DNA of 63,877 nt, filler included, from Olpidium bornovanus S191 (lineage: Eukaryota; Fungi; Olpidiomycota), in assembly GCA_017911155.1 (NCBI GenBank). It is 26 parts of 26 records of this genome, joined end to end, with 100 filler letters (N's around TTAATTAATTAA, not from the genome) between each part and the next. Parts side by side here need not be neighbours in the genome. Positions count along the whole stretch, not along the records: positions 22,988 to 25,074 come from JAEFCI010009367.1; positions 25,175 to 28,965 come from JAEFCI010000753.1; positions 29,066 to 32,766 come from JAEFCI010001204.1; positions 32,867 to 35,347 come from JAEFCI010000894.1; positions 35,448 to 37,959 come from JAEFCI010004272.1; 21 more parts are not named here. One strand, written 5' to 3'. Positions within the stretch are counted from its first letter, which is position 1; each line of letters opens with the position of its first letter. The position numbers were made by a program, and so were the translations under genes. The notes under the pieces are model-generated. The model worked only from the letters and a program-made list of their open reading frames with translations. It did no database searches and was not told the origin of the DNA. Of the stretch, positions 22,988 to 36,197 are shown in pieces.

Positions 22988-25074
22988 CATGCAGGACGGC
23001 TATTTTTTTCGCGCAAACGAGACAAGTGTTTCTCAGTACAACGGAGCCTCGGGGGAGGGGGAAACGGTCGAAGAACCGCAAGCGTCGAAACGTACCAAAC
23101 GCTTCTGGTTTTCCCTCCCAGACGATAAACCAGTTGCCTTTGGCCCGATGGCCAGTTTTGTCCACGTAGAAAGCAAACAAATCGTAACACAACAGGAAAT
23201 GGGAGTCATCAATTCGAAATATCGTGATCGGCACAACGTTGACGCGGTCGGCGACGAATTTGAGGTTCTCGTCCTCCGGGTCCAAGAAGCCCTGGGTTTT
23301 GAGGGAATCGAGGTCGACGATCTCAAAACCCTTCGTACATCCGACGCAGAGCTTCTTGCGCAAAAAGTCGACGGATGTAGCCTCTGAGGGAATGTAGAAT
23401 TCCTTGCGAGAATACAGACAATTCAGCGGAGCGTTCGGCAAGAGACCGTGAAAAAAAATTCACTTTGTTCGATAAACCCTACTTTGAACACTTTTAGGTT
23501 GTCGTTCGTGCCTCTCATCAACAGCTTCGCAAACCCCGGCGTCGATTTCTTATATCGCGAATCCACCACCGGTTCCATCACCTTAACGGTCGAGCTCAGC
23601 GAGGTACTCTTCACGGCACACACCAGCTTCCGACCCAGACACTCGCCCACCCGGAAGAACGTCACGTGGGACGAAATTCGTTGCGGGCGTTTGCTGGCCG
23701 TCGACTCGTGAAATTCCAGGGCATCGAGGTCGAACGACAGTAATTCCCCCCGGGACAGAGCGAAAACCGACGAACTCTCCTCCACAACTTCCACCTGTGA
23801 AACTCGTTCCAGTTCGATCGCGCGCCTGAATGACTGGGGTTCGTCGGCGCCGTTGACGTACAAGCCGTCATCCGTTCCGACCACCAGGCGGTTTGCCACG
23901 CCTGCGAGGTATTGTCGTCACTGGAGGCAGCGCTCGGTTCGAAGCAGCAAATCTGCGCTGGCTTAAGCGGGGGTGGTAGCGGGAGGAAAGGATGGAGACC
24001 CACCGAAAACAGCGGCGCACAGCACCCTATTCACTGGTGCAAACCCCTGCTGGCAGACAATTTTCATTGAGAAAATTTTCGTCCTTTTCAACAACAGGGC
24101 AACCTGCTTCTCGATCTTTTCTTTCCATTGCCTCCACTCGGCCAGCGTCTTTGCGTAAAGGGTAATCACGCCACCAGACTTGCCCAGCCGCGTCAAGCTG
24201 AACGGGTAACCCTGCTTCGCGCCGCCGCTCGAAATCTCCGCAGACAAGGAGCGGGAGTGTCCGGCAGGCAAGCTTTTTTCTCCGTCTCGACCATCGCCAA
24301 CGCTGGAGAGGTCGACGTCTGCGTCGCCGTTAGCAGCAGTACCGCCATTCCCGAAAGTCGGTTTGAATAGCATAGACGAATTCCGCCGAAGACCGAGACG
24401 TGGACTGGGGTCTTCCATCAGCAGAATCATTTCGAGAGGGATTGGCTATCAGGAACCAAAGGGACTCCCAAAAATGAGAAACTCTATCTTGGTAGGCCAG
24501 TCGACGAACGGAAGGTTACTCACCGGCTTATGACTTCTGTATTCTGGTTGACCGTCCTTTCCCTTCTTTGCCTTGGTCAAAAGCAGGTAATTATCTAACA
24601 AGAAAACCGTCAGCTCTACCGTGTCCGCTCTCTTGAGTACGCCTTCTCTTATCATCACTCTTTCAGGATCCAACAACTTCAGGTCCTACATCGGGCGGCA
24701 GCAGAGGGGATGTCCAGAACGGTGAACTGGCAAGAAAGGGGTATTCTCGCAGAGAATTACAACGTCAGAGGAAGAAAGCGCCGGCCCTCTCCGAGCATTA
24801 CCCTGTATTCGTCATTCTTCAAGACCAACCGGTCATTGAGCTGGCTAAGCCGCAAACGATTATCGTTGATGCCCGTCTCGACATTAATCTGGCTAAGAAG
24901 GGATTTAACCTTTTTGAGAGCCGCGGGTATGTCCGCCTGGTCCTGATTGTCCTCCGCCGTGAACTTCAGCACGGCCTCAAGGAGCAGTTTGTACCTTCCG
25001 AGGCGGGTGGTCGGCCGGCCAAGGAAGCTTTGAATCGGCAGTTTACGGCTGTCCGGATGCCGCTCTTGAGCATG
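22988..25074 (-). CDS. ROM2: Rho1 GEF of the Rom1/Rom2 type (DH-PH-CNH), both ends truncated
   Basis: RKLPIQSFLGRPTTRLGRYKLLLEAVLK (DH), VFLLDNYLLLTK/IPLEMI..YPFSLTRLGK (PH), LVVGTDDGLY..RISSHVTFFRVGECLGRKLVCAVKS..EFYIPSE..GFEIVDL (CNH). Confidence 0.92.
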
Positions 25075-25175
25075 NNNNNNNNNNNNNNNNNNNNNNNNNN
25101 NNNNNNNNNNNNNNNNNNTTAATTAATTAANNNNNNNNNNNNNNNNNNNNNNNNNNNNNNNNNNNNNNNNNNNNC

Positions 25176-27219
25176 ATGCAACCAGGTAGCGGTGCGCAAA
25201 CGGCGGGCTCCAGGAGAACGCGCCCGTCGGCGCTGGCGCGCTGGGCGGCGTTGGTGCCGCGGAGATCCCTGCGGTGCTGGCTGCTGTGCGCGGCGGCCTC
25301 GGTCCTCGTCACGCTTTCCCTCCTGCCCGGCTGGCAGCTGCACCTGCAGCGGCGGAGCGATCGCCTCCGCAGCGGAGGCGCCGGGTACGCCGAACGGCGC
25401 GCCGCACTCTCTCCGGGCGAGGAGCGGGCGGCAGGCGGCGTCTCCGCGGCAGGCGTCGCCGGGCGCCTGCGGGGCGGAGGTCTTCGCGCACTCCCCCTGC
25501 GACGGAGACCCCATCAGCGGCAGCAGAGGCAGCGACCGCCGCTGAGTGAATTCCCGCCGACGCATCCGTTGTCACCCCCGCAACTTGGAGGAGAGGAGTC
25601 GCGGCACCCTTACGCGCCGGGCAGCGCCAACGTCGCCGCCGGCGCCGCTGCTCCGCAAGGGTTCGCTGCAGACGCGGTCGGAGAGGTCGTGAGCGACCTG
25701 GCTTCCGCGGAGACGATACGTTGGTATTTATCGCTTGTTCCCCGAACTGCGCGAGTGGTGCCGGGAGCGCCAACAGTTGTTCTCGACTTTCCAAACCAGC
25801 GGCGTACCGCGAGGGAGGTGGCCGAACGGAGGACGAGACGGTGTATCGCAAGGCGCACAGCAACCTTGTCAACAACGAATACCTCATTCTCGCGGTTGCC
25901 AGTAACGGCAACTTTGTGAGTCGTAGTTGCGATTCAGGACGTCCGCGTTGTCGCTCCAGACTCGTAACCAGGTCTCCTGTTGGGTTCTTCTGCTACGCGT
26001 TTCCGCACGGCCCTCCCCACCACTCATCCAAAAAAAATACACACACACACACACCTGCATCCTCAATAAATGCAATTATACAACTCCTGCTGCCGCGATC
26101 ACCAAACCAAAAAGGACTTTACGCTGAACTGGATCGCCTCCCTCCGGCGCACAGGTCACACACGCTACCTCGTCATGTGTCTGGACGAGGTCATCTGCAG
26201 CCGGCTGGATCCAACGCACGCGGCGCTGGTCCCGCGGCACTGGCTGCAGCGCGAGATAAACGCGGCGCCGGCGGTCTACGGCACGTCCGAGTACATCAAC
26301 CTCGTCCAGAGCAAGACGTTGGTCGTCATACCCTTCCTTATGGAGGGCTTCACCATACTGTTCACAGACGTTGACGTCGTCTGGTTGTCTCCTCAGATCA
26401 CTCCCCACCTCCTGTCAGTCTTGAAAGACAACCCGTCCTGCGAAGCAGTGTTCTCCGTGGACGAGGTAAAGCGGGTTGAAAGAAACGGAGGAAGTCGCTT
26501 GCGGCTAATATGGCATGGGCATGCGTTGAACGACTCACGCGTTTTGCGTTGTGACTTTTTTTAACGGTCGGGGCGGCGCAAGACGTCGGACCCCGTTCCG
26601 TCCGTAAACACCGGGTTTTGGATCGCGAAGCCGACTTCGACAATCATCGGCGTATTTAACAAGACCGTGGAAATCCAGGTACAGCTGATGCCGCTTGCCC
26701 CAAGGGCGTCTCCCATTCTCGAGATTTTTTAACCAAAGCGGCTGAGCGTGGCTACGTACCCTTGGTGTTCAAATCGTCCAAAACCCCGACATTTATAATT
26801 TGCCTCTTACGCTCCCGGCCCGGAAACTCCCTCTCCGCCTTGGGCGGGCGAGACAGACGCGGCGGCAGGTGACGCAGCAGTCCGCCTTCAACACCGCCCT
26901 CAAGGCGGCAAAGCTGAAGAGTTCCCCCAAGATCGCCTACCTCGACAGGTCGCTTTTCCCTAACGGCCGCGTGTACTTCAAGCACAGGCTCGCGCAGAAA
27001 ACGGGAATCACGCCCTTCATCGTCCACGCCAACTACATACGCGGCTCGGCCGCAAAGCGGAGCGCTCTCAAGGAGGCGGGGCTGTGGCTGTTAGACGACG
27101 ATGACGACGAGCCGGCGGCGGCGGCGTCTGTGGCACCGAGACCGTCAACAGGAGGCTCGGGCGGCGGGCTGGACGGGAACCGGACGGACGGCGATGCGCG
27201 GACGGGACGCGCGAGCTGA
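25176..27219 (+). CDS. Type II membrane nucleotide-diphospho-sugar transferase (PF03407/GT77-like)
   Basis: N-terminal hydrophobic anchor; FTLNWIASL..YLVMCLD, LFTDVDVVWL (DxD), SVNTGF, QQSAFN, LFPNG, IVHANY..K...LKEAGLW. Confidence 0.85.
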
Positions 27220-28759
27220 AAAGGCGCGAAGTGGGCCGGTGTGTGGTTTGCACACACTCCGGGCCGCTGCGCCGAGGGCCGGGTGGGCGGCGGGGGGGTA
27301 CGCCGTTGTCGTCTTTGGAGCCGACAGGGACGGAAGACGAAATGAACGCAGAACGCAAGCTCGAGGGTGTGACGGAAACGAGATGTCGAAAGAGAAAATG
27401 TTTGTTAGATTCTAACGGGGCTATCTAATCTAGGCGCTTTTGCAGCGGTGATCTCCTAAAGCGCCGGAAGGGGGACGAAAGAGTGGCTGGTGCGCGTAGC
27501 TCGTGTACGCTCAGGGGTGCAGGGGCTCCGACCCACCGATGCGCTTGGCGGGTCACGTGACAATACCTGCCCCGAAGAGGCGGATCACTCAAGCCGTGAG
27601 CGAAAAGGCCAAAAAAAAACCCAGAAACACAATTTTTTTTCCCTCTTCTTCTTCCTCGGTTCACCTGAGCCCCCGTTTAACCGCGCGCGTCCTGGGGGCG
27701 GAAGGGGGGGAAGGACACGGACGCTTGCGCAACCTTCTCGAGCGCGGTGGGCGGACGTAACGAAACCCAAAACAACTGACCGTTTTTATTTGCTGCCGTT
27801 GTTGTTTTTCCGTTACAAGCAAATGTCCAAAAAAAAGAAAGAAAGAAAGAAAATCCGGGCCGTCCCCGCGACCAGCCCAACCCCCCCCCCCTGCTCCCCC
27901 AATCCCCCGCAGTGTCATGTGATGTTTTAAAAAACAGAAAAAAAATAGTCGGGGGCCTTGCGAGAAACACGCCCGTTTGATACAACAAAAGAAAAAAGCT
28001 GTGTTCCATTTTATTCCAAAGGGATATTCCATTCCGTGGCGTCAAATATAGGTTTTGGAGGCGAGAACCTCGGCCGCGGTTGCCAGCGGAGGGGAACGCG
28101 CTTGAGCTTTTGGGACGACAGCTGTTCGTTGATACAGGCGAGTCGTACGCAGAGATGGCTGGCCTTCTGGATTTCGTCCAGAAAGGGCCTGCACCTCTCC
28201 GCCTCCTCCCCGACGCCCTGGGGTTTCCGCCAGAGAGGGCCCTGTAAATCGTGCACCCCGGCGTGCAGACTTTTGTTTGGCGGAAGCGCCGGTGCGTTTC
28301 GATGGCTAAGACACAAGACGGTCGCAGAGGTCTCCGCCGTCAATGCCCCCCCATATTCCCAACCCAAGCCAACCAACCCCCCCCCCCATCCCGGCCCCGG
28401 ACGCGAAGGCGAGACATATGGGGGGTTGTAAACCTCATCGCGAGGCGATCCGAGGCCCTCAGGTCCCTCCTATGAAAGGAGCCGCCGCTAAACTCTGACG
28501 AATTTGTTTTCCGGCAGATTTGGCACGGGGCGACTCCGACGAGAAACACAAACCACCCCGTCCCCCCCTTGGGGGGCGACGAGGCATGCGGGCATGCGGC
28601 TATTAAAAAAAAAAACAACTTAAAAATCAACTGCTCCGGCAGCACAAAAACCCGACTGATGAATTCCGCCGTGCTAAGACCGCCCCCCAAATGTGTCCAG
28701 AATTCGAAATCCCCGTCGAATCCGTTACGCAAAAAGATTTTCAGACTCATTTCGAGGCG

Positions 28760-28965
28760 TTGAAACTGGTACCGAGGGCTATGTTTATTCTACGATAAAT
28801 AAACTCCGTGCTAGGCGAACTCACCGATCGGTGCGTAGTCGCCTACATGGACAACATCTTGATCTATTCCAAGATCGCCGAAGAGCACCGCGTACACCTC
28901 GCACAAGTCCTACAGAAATTCCAAGAACACGAAGTATTTGTCAATATCAAGAAGTCGTCGTTCGG
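28760..28965 (+). pseudogene. Ty3/gypsy RT fragment with an inactivated catalytic motif
   Basis: INSVLGEL..CVVAYMDNILIYSK..EEHRVHL..VL..F....VN.KKSSF; YxDD is changed to YMDN. Confidence 0.85.
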
Positions 28966-29739
28966 NNNNNNNNNNNNNNNNNNNNNNNNNNNNNNNNNNN
29001 NNNNNNNNNTTAATTAATTAANNNNNNNNNNNNNNNNNNNNNNNNNNNNNNNNNNNNNNNNNNNNGCATGCTCGACGAGACGGAGATAAAGCGTGCGGGC
29101 CCGTTGTTCCGTCGGTTTTCGCGATGTTTCCGCGAAAAGTTCGATAATACCCCTTTGGAGGTGGTGATGGGCGGGAGGGCCTTTTGCGTTTCAGCTGACG
29201 TCTCGTGTCTTTTGCGCCTCGGTCCGGGTCCCCGCGGGACGCGCCAGTGTACAGGACCGCTCTCCAAAGCCACCACGCGATGCGGAAGTGGATCAGCCGG
29301 GACGTCGGCCGGCTCGGAAAGTCGGAAACACTGCGGATTCCGAGGCAGCACTTGCGAGATTAGAAACGCCGCGGCCCTCCTCCCGTTCTTGCCGCCCTTT
29401 TTTTTATCACGCTACTTTTTTTTCCGTCCACCGGAAACAGAACTAGGCGCCCCCAAAAATAGAAAGCCGTTCAGACGCGCCACCTTCCCCCGTCCCACGG
29501 CGCGCGGCATAAATCCGTTCCTGTCGAACCCACGCGTGATCTTCCGACGGTCTCGGGGAAGCGGGAGGGAAAAAGGTGCGGGGCGTGCCCTGCCTCTCTC
29601 TTTGGCACCGGCGCCTCTTCGTCCGCCGGAGTTCGCGCACGGCGCCCGCCCGCCCGGTGGTTGCCTGGGCGACGGGGACGGCCGGACCGGGGACGCCGCG
29701 GCGGGGGGGGGGGGGAGGGGGGTCTCCTGTAGCCACACC

Positions 29740-29770
<31 letters not shown>

Positions 29771-29847
29771 AAAAGAAAAAAAAAAAACCCCCCCCCCCCC
29801 TTTTGAAGAGAAGGGGAAAAAAAAAAAAAAAAAAAAAAATAGTAATA

Positions 29848-32239
29848 ATGCGAGACGCCGTCTGCGCCCTCCTGCCGCCCGCGCAGCTCCTGTCCGCCTG
29901 CCGTCCGCCGCCTGCCGCTCGCGGCAGGAGGGCGTGCGCCCGCCTGGCGGACGCCGCTCGGCCCGGGGGCGCCCGGGATGCCGGTTGCAGGTGGAGCGGC
30001 CTCTCCGTGCAGGCGCGACCGAGGCGCGCGACGCCGGCCGCCTCGAGGCGCAGCGCCGCGGATGCTGCCCCGGCCGCCGTTCCGCTCTTTGCGCCGCGCC
30101 GGTTCTTTGCAGGTACGGTTCGAGCGGCGCATTCCGGCGCCCTGGACGCGCGAATGCCTGAAAACCCGGCGGTTTCCTTGCGCACGTTGGTGGTTCGGGT
30201 TTTTCTTGGCCGCTCGCGTGGCGCGCTTTTTCTCGGGTTCTGGAAACCGCCTTGCCCCACCTCCCCACGTCACATTCGGCCGCCTTGTCCGCCGCCTGGT
30301 CGCCTTAACCTTGGGAGGCGAAGAAAGGGAGCGGGGACGAGGACGTTTTTTCACATGCGCCCTCCCGAAAAACCCCGCGCTCTAGCGGCGGCTTCGCGGA
30401 CGACCGACTCCGTCGCAAAGTCCGAGTACGCCTCTAAGTTCCTGCCGGACGAGATCCGCAGCGCGATGATCGAGGGCGCGGAGGAGCAGAGGACCAAGAT
30501 CCGCGTGTTCCCGCCGCCCCGGAAGGCGAGGGAGGAGGGCAAAGACAAGAAGTTCTTCACGTGGCCGCACGAGCTCAAGGAGCGGTACTACGAGCAGTAC
30601 TTGGCGGCGGAGAAGATGTTGGCGGAACGCCGGTCCGCCGCGGTGCGGCCGGCGGAGGACGGCGCGGGGAGCGAGGAGCCGGCCGGCGAGGCGGCCCGCT
30701 GGGTGGCCGGTGCGGACGCGGAGACGACGGCCGCAGGCGGTGCAAACGAGTGGGCGGCGGCCGACGTACCGGCCGCCGACGAGGACGTGCCTGTCGGACC
30801 CGCCGTTCACGCCCTGGCCGCCCGCATCGGCGTTGTGACGCCGGACATTAAGAATGTCGCCCACGTGCTTCAGCGGACTAGGGAAGGGGGTCGTTATTCG
30901 TACCTGGGTGCGTTCCCGGCAAAAGCCGGTCCCGGCTGCGAGCCTGGGCGCGCGCCACAGGATCGCCCGTATCGGAGACTCCACTTCAACTGAGCCTCTG
31001 CGGTCCGGCGCGCTTCAAACTCCTTTTTTTTTGTCCCCCACTCACGCAGGCCGCAACGCGCTCGCCATGTACGTTTCTGAGTACCTGCACATGAAGTACC
31101 CTCTGCTTCCCGATCACGTCATGTCTAGGGCGATCACCGCGTACATCGGACACGCGGCCCTGGCGACTCTCGGTTACGAATGGGGGGTGAACCACGCCGG
31201 CAAATTTGAGGTTTTGACGGTGAGGGAGGCGTGCGCGCTAGAATCCACGAGGACCGTGCGCGATTCCACAATCCGCCAGAAATCGACCACCGCTGACGTG
31301 CGCGTCGAATCAACGCGTCGCCAGGATTTGACGAAGCTGGAGGAACGCGAGGTCGACTGCGAGATCATGGCGGACGTCGTCCGCGGCCTCGTGGGCGTCT
31401 TCGCAGCACACGTACGCCGGCGGCCGGCTTGTTTTTCTTTTGGCCCGACGGGAGATTGACGTTTGCGGCGACCACGCACTCACCGCGCGTCCTCTTTCTA
31501 ACCTCTGAAATCGGAGCCAGGATGCGATGTCCACGCGCCTTTTCATCCACGCCCACGTGCTGTCGCGGTCTCTGGACGTCACGTCCATGATTGATTTTGC
31601 CCGTGCAAGGGACCATCTCGTCATGCTGACAAGGAGGCAGCGGAAGGAGCCGCCGACGTTCCGGTACAGAATGGGTGCACGCTGTACGTGTCCAGCGGTC
31701 GAGAACACGTCTGCCCGACGCTAACTACGCTTTGGGGTGGGGTGGTCGGGGGTTGGCGCCCGCCGTCCACCCGGTCGCAGGCTGTTGAAGGAGTCCGGCC
31801 GCCTCACCAACTGTCCCATCTTTGTGGTGGGGGTGTTCTCGGGCTTGAATAAACTCGCGGAAGGCAAGTGGAGGAGGCGCGGGACCGTGCCGGGAAGGCT
31901 CGCAGACGTTTTGATCCCCCCGCAGCGCCGTGCGTTTTTTTCTAATTGTCTTCTCTGCTGCGGTTTCCTCAGGATTCGGCAGCTCCCTCCAAATGGCGAA
32001 GTTTAGGGTAAGCGAGATTCGCGCTCCTGCCCTCCCCCGCTTATCGCCCGTGTTCCGGTGAGCCCGGGTTGCGCGTCCTGCTCACCGCGCCGGTTCGTCA
32101 GGCCGCGCGGACTGCGCTCCGCGAGCACTACGCGACCGAGGTAAAGGACATCCAGCTCCCGTCAGACACGCTCATCGAACCCGGCGCCAGATACGTCGCT
32201 CAGCCGGTCGGCCAAACGCCCGCGGACTGGCGCTTCTGA
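29848..32239 (+). CDS. MRPL3: Mitochondrial ribosomal protein mL44 (RNase III-like fold plus dsRBD), multi-exon
   Basis: Arg/Ala-rich presequence-like exon 1; VHALAARIG, YVSEYLHMKYPLLP, MADVVRGLVG, LFIHAHVLSR, LLKESGRLTNCPIFVVGVFSG..KLAEG/FGSSLQMAKFRAA. Start codon is inferred. Confidence 0.88.
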
Positions 32240-33367
32240 AACGGGGATTTGATGTTACACAAGCACAGGCTTTCCGGCCGCCTCGGGGTCACCGCGTCTC
32301 GACCCCCTTCCCCTCCCCAACGTTGCCCCCCTGGGCCCGCAAAAGCAAAGCACAGAACAGCTGGGAAGCGGCGCGACGCCCTGTCGTGTGAACGTTGCGC
32401 GCGCCCCAGGTTGACTGGTCCATGTGAATAAAATGAGGAGGGGAAGAAGGGAGGGGGCAGTGTGGACGGCGGCACGGGGGCTGCGACACGTGACTCTTGA
32501 CGCCGTCGTCCCGGCGCGACCGCGGGCGCCCGTCGCGACGGGCGGTGATATCCGTTCCTGTGGGTTTCGCGAGGAGGCGGGGCGGGGCGAGACGGGCGAC
32601 TTGCTCGCGCCGACGCACTTGCGCGAATTGCGGGATGCATACCGCCATGCGACTTTTTCGGGATGACAACACCCGCCGCGGCCAATTCTGGGGTTCAAAC
32701 TTACAGCGAATAGGAAAACCGGGGGAAAAAACCCCCCAACACATTACCGGCAAAATTTCGTAAAACNNNNNNNNNNNNNNNNNNNNNNNNNNNNNNNNNN
32801 NNNNNNNNNNTTAATTAATTAANNNNNNNNNNNNNNNNNNNNNNNNNNNNNNNNNNNNNNNNNNNNCATGGAGATTGCTTTTTTGAATCCCTCCTGCTTC
32901 TTGCGGAAAAGAATTTGCGTATTTAGCGTTGGCGAAAGGCTTTGTCGGGGCCGTGCGCCCGTATCGAGGGTTTTTCGCCGACCGGCACCCGCGTCTCGCT
33001 TTGGGAAGATGTGATTGGCCAAAGGAAAACGAAGCCATTCGGGCACCTATCAGACACACCATCGCGCCGAGCCGATCAGCCCCGCACCGCTTGACGAACT
33101 GTGGGGGCGATGGCCAGCCGTCAAAGCCGCGGGGAAATAAATAGGTCGGGGAAATAATAGGTTCTGCATTTCGCCGTTCGGCCCCCGCTTTAAAGCAGCC
33201 AAGAATTCCAGCGTTCAAAGCTGGCGATAGTATCAAGGTCTTGTGACCGTCCGTTTTCCATACGAGCCGGCTGCCTCATGAAGGAGGCGTTCATCACGTA
33301 TAGCTAAACGCTCCCCCGGTGCTATGCTAATTTTCAATAAAAAGCTTTACCCCCTCAAAACACCGCA

Positions 33368-35347
33368 ATGGAGACGACGTCTGAGCACAAGGCGGTAACG
33401 TTTCTCCAGCGCCCCGGCCTGGGAAGCGAAGGCCGTCGGCTCAGCGTCAAGACGAACTACTTCGCATTGACCAGCCTGCCGCAAGCCGACGTGCACCATT
33501 ATGAGTAGGTTGCGCCGTCGAATGACGTGCGTTCGGCCTCCAGAAGCAGCCAGAAACTTGCGATTTCGGCTGTGCCTCCTTCGTTTGCGAAAAAATTTGA
33601 GCACTTAATGCACGCTAAATCGGCCAAACGTTTTCCCCCGTCCTCATATACGTTTCTGACACGAAGCTGACGGCCGATGTTTTTGCGCTTCCTGTCCTAA
33701 GCGTATCCGTAAGTGTTTTATCTTATTTTAGATTATTTTTCTGCCCTCGGGAAGAGCGGCCGGGACCGTGCGAAACATCGTTTCGACCGCCTCCGACTCG
33801 CGCTGCGTCTTTTGCGTTCGGCAACCGATGTGCGCCGACTTCACGGCCGTCGCCATCCGTTTGTGCCGCCGTTGCACGCGGCGACTTCACGGCCGTCCCC
33901 GCCCGTTCGGGTCCACCAAGATCACCGTAAGCATCCAGGCGAACGGCGTCTTGTGGAATTGGTCGATTGACCGCCGCTCACGCTCTGCTTTTGGGATCGT
34001 TGGCGTCCCGCGCAGCCGGAGAAGTGCCCAATTGAACTGTACCGCCGCGTCTTCAAATGCTGTCTGGAAAGCAACAAATCCAAGTTCAACAACATCTTCC
34101 CCGTCTAGTAAGCAAAGCGTCGACGATGGCGCCCCGGGGGGGGGGAGGGGGGGGGGAAACACCGCAGTGCGATACGAGGTTCGTCTAACGGTGACTTGGC
34201 AGTGATGGTCGCGCGAACGCGTACACGCCGAAGGAACTTCCCTTCCGCTCCGAGTCCTTTACGGTATGGGTGCTCAATCAGGCGTCTGCAAATTCCAACG
34301 TCGAAATGAAAAGTTCGACAGACTCACAACCCCGGTCCCCCCTTGCAAACATAAAACAGGTCGTTCTCCCCGAAGAAGGCGGGGGCCTTCCGAACCCGAA
34401 AAGGCCGCCCCGGGAGTTCCGCGTGAAGATGCGCTGGGCCAACAACATCAACATGGAACAAGTGGCCGAGTACATACGTGGGAGAACCCAGCTGAACCCT
34501 AACATCCTCACGGGAATAATGGCCGTTGAGTGCTGGGCCCCGGGGTTCGCCCCCGAACGGATATATTTTTCTTTCCTTTTTCTTTCAGTTTAATATCTAT
34601 TACTTGTTATTTTACGGTCGAGCCGGAGGACGTCTCATGGCCCGTGTCTGACGCCGAAGAACTCGTGCACCGCTACCCCACCAGATCGACGTGGTGCTCA
34701 GAAATCAACCTTCGCTCAAATTTGCCACGCACGGACGATGCTTCTATGGGCCGACTGACAGCGTCTCGCTCGGCGGCGGCGCTGACGTCTGGCCTGGGTG
34801 CGATGGATTTTTTTTTTGATCGCCGGATCGGTGCACCTACCAGACTTGCTCACGACACATCCCCCCCATCAATTCAGCATGTTCCTGTCCGCTCGTGCGG
34901 GGTCTGGGAAGATGCTGTTGAACCTCGACGTAAGCGCCACTGCCTGTAAGTTTGCCAGATGGCAAAATGGAATGCCGCCAACGGCATTTTAGCGATGTCA
35001 CGAACTCACGTTTTGACCGCAAAAAAAAAAAAAAAAAATTCGCATCTTCCGCAGATTATAGGAGTGGCTCACTGATCCACTTCGCCGGCGAGATTCTCCA
35101 GGCCCGAGGGCCGGGAGACTTCAGAGGCGGGATCCAGGAACGTCAACACCGGCAGCTCGAGAAAGCTTGCAAAAATCTCAGAATCTTCGTCACCCACCGC
35201 GGCGAGAAAAAGCCGAAGTACAAGGTTGCCAAGCTCAGCAGAGAGCCCGCGTCCAAGCTGACTTTCCAGGACAGCGAGGGGAATTCCAAGTCCGTGGCCC
35301 AGTACTTCCAAGAGCACCATAACATCCGCCTTGAGTTTCCGAACATG
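33368..35347 (+). CDS. AGO: Argonaute (QDE-2/Ago1-like), N, L1 and PAZ part; 3' truncated
   Basis: RPGLGSEGRRLSVKTNYF..VHHYD, YDGRANAY, IDVVLR..GRCFY..SLGGG.DVW, LLNLDVSAT, HRG...YKV..LS..PAS.LTF..SVAQYFQEHHNIRLEFP. Confidence 0.95.
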
Positions 35348-35785
35348 NNNNNNNNNNNNNNNNNNNNNNNNNNNNNNNNNNNNNNNNNNNNTTAATTAAT
35401 TAANNNNNNNNNNNNNNNNNNNNNNNNNNNNNNNNNNNNNNNNNNNNCATGCGTTGTATTTTTGTCGGTCCAGCGAAAAGCTCTTTGGAGAAAGTCCGGG
35501 GAATTTAGTTGAAGCGGAGAAAAAGGTGAGCACGGGGGCGTTGGAAAGTTTGCGTCTGGCGCGAACTGTTGATGGTCCCGTAAGCCACAACGTGTTTTTG
35601 TGATTAAGGGTGTTGTGAACCGTGCGATGCGTTTTATGGGTCACGTGATTGTCACAGGGCAGGAGCCGGCGCCGTCTGACTCCGCTCGCCCACGGCAGAA
35701 CAGCATACAGAAGAAAAAAGACGGGATGAGAAGAAACCGAAACCGTAACGCGTCATCAGCACCATCCCAAGATCCGAAGAAAAGG

Positions 35786-36151
35786 TGTTGGTATGGGGAA
35801 CTCTACGTCGTGGAATTGCAGGTTCTCGTGCTATTTATACCCATGAGCTCTCCCCTTTTTTACATTCCCCGTTGCCACTCCTCCCCACTATTCCATGAGG
35901 TCCTATGAACTTCTATCCTTGCTCCACCTCCCCCTCTGTTCCATCCAAGGGGCGGCATCCTGGATGCAGTCCCGAGTGCCCTAGTTGCTGTTTTTTTTTC
36001 TTTCTTGCTACTTGTTCTTCCTGTTTTGCTTGCGCATCACAGATAGCGTTCGTAAATCCCTTACGGAGGGGCGGGACGTCAAAGGGGTTTTACCCCTCCC
36101 CCGAGCTCCAGCCGGAAAATAAACAAACCACAGTTTTAACCACCCACAACA
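35786..36151 (+). mobile_element. Candidate LTR (366 bp), possibly a 3' LTR
   Basis: TGTTG...CAACA inverted ends, TATTTATA near 35832, pyrimidine-rich middle, AATAAA near 36118, and purine tract GAAGAAAAGG directly upstream. No matching TSD (AAAGG vs CGAAA). Confidence 0.45.
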
Positions 36152-36197
36152 CGAAAGAACGCCTTGCTACTGCGGCTCGAACGACACGGGTCGGCAG

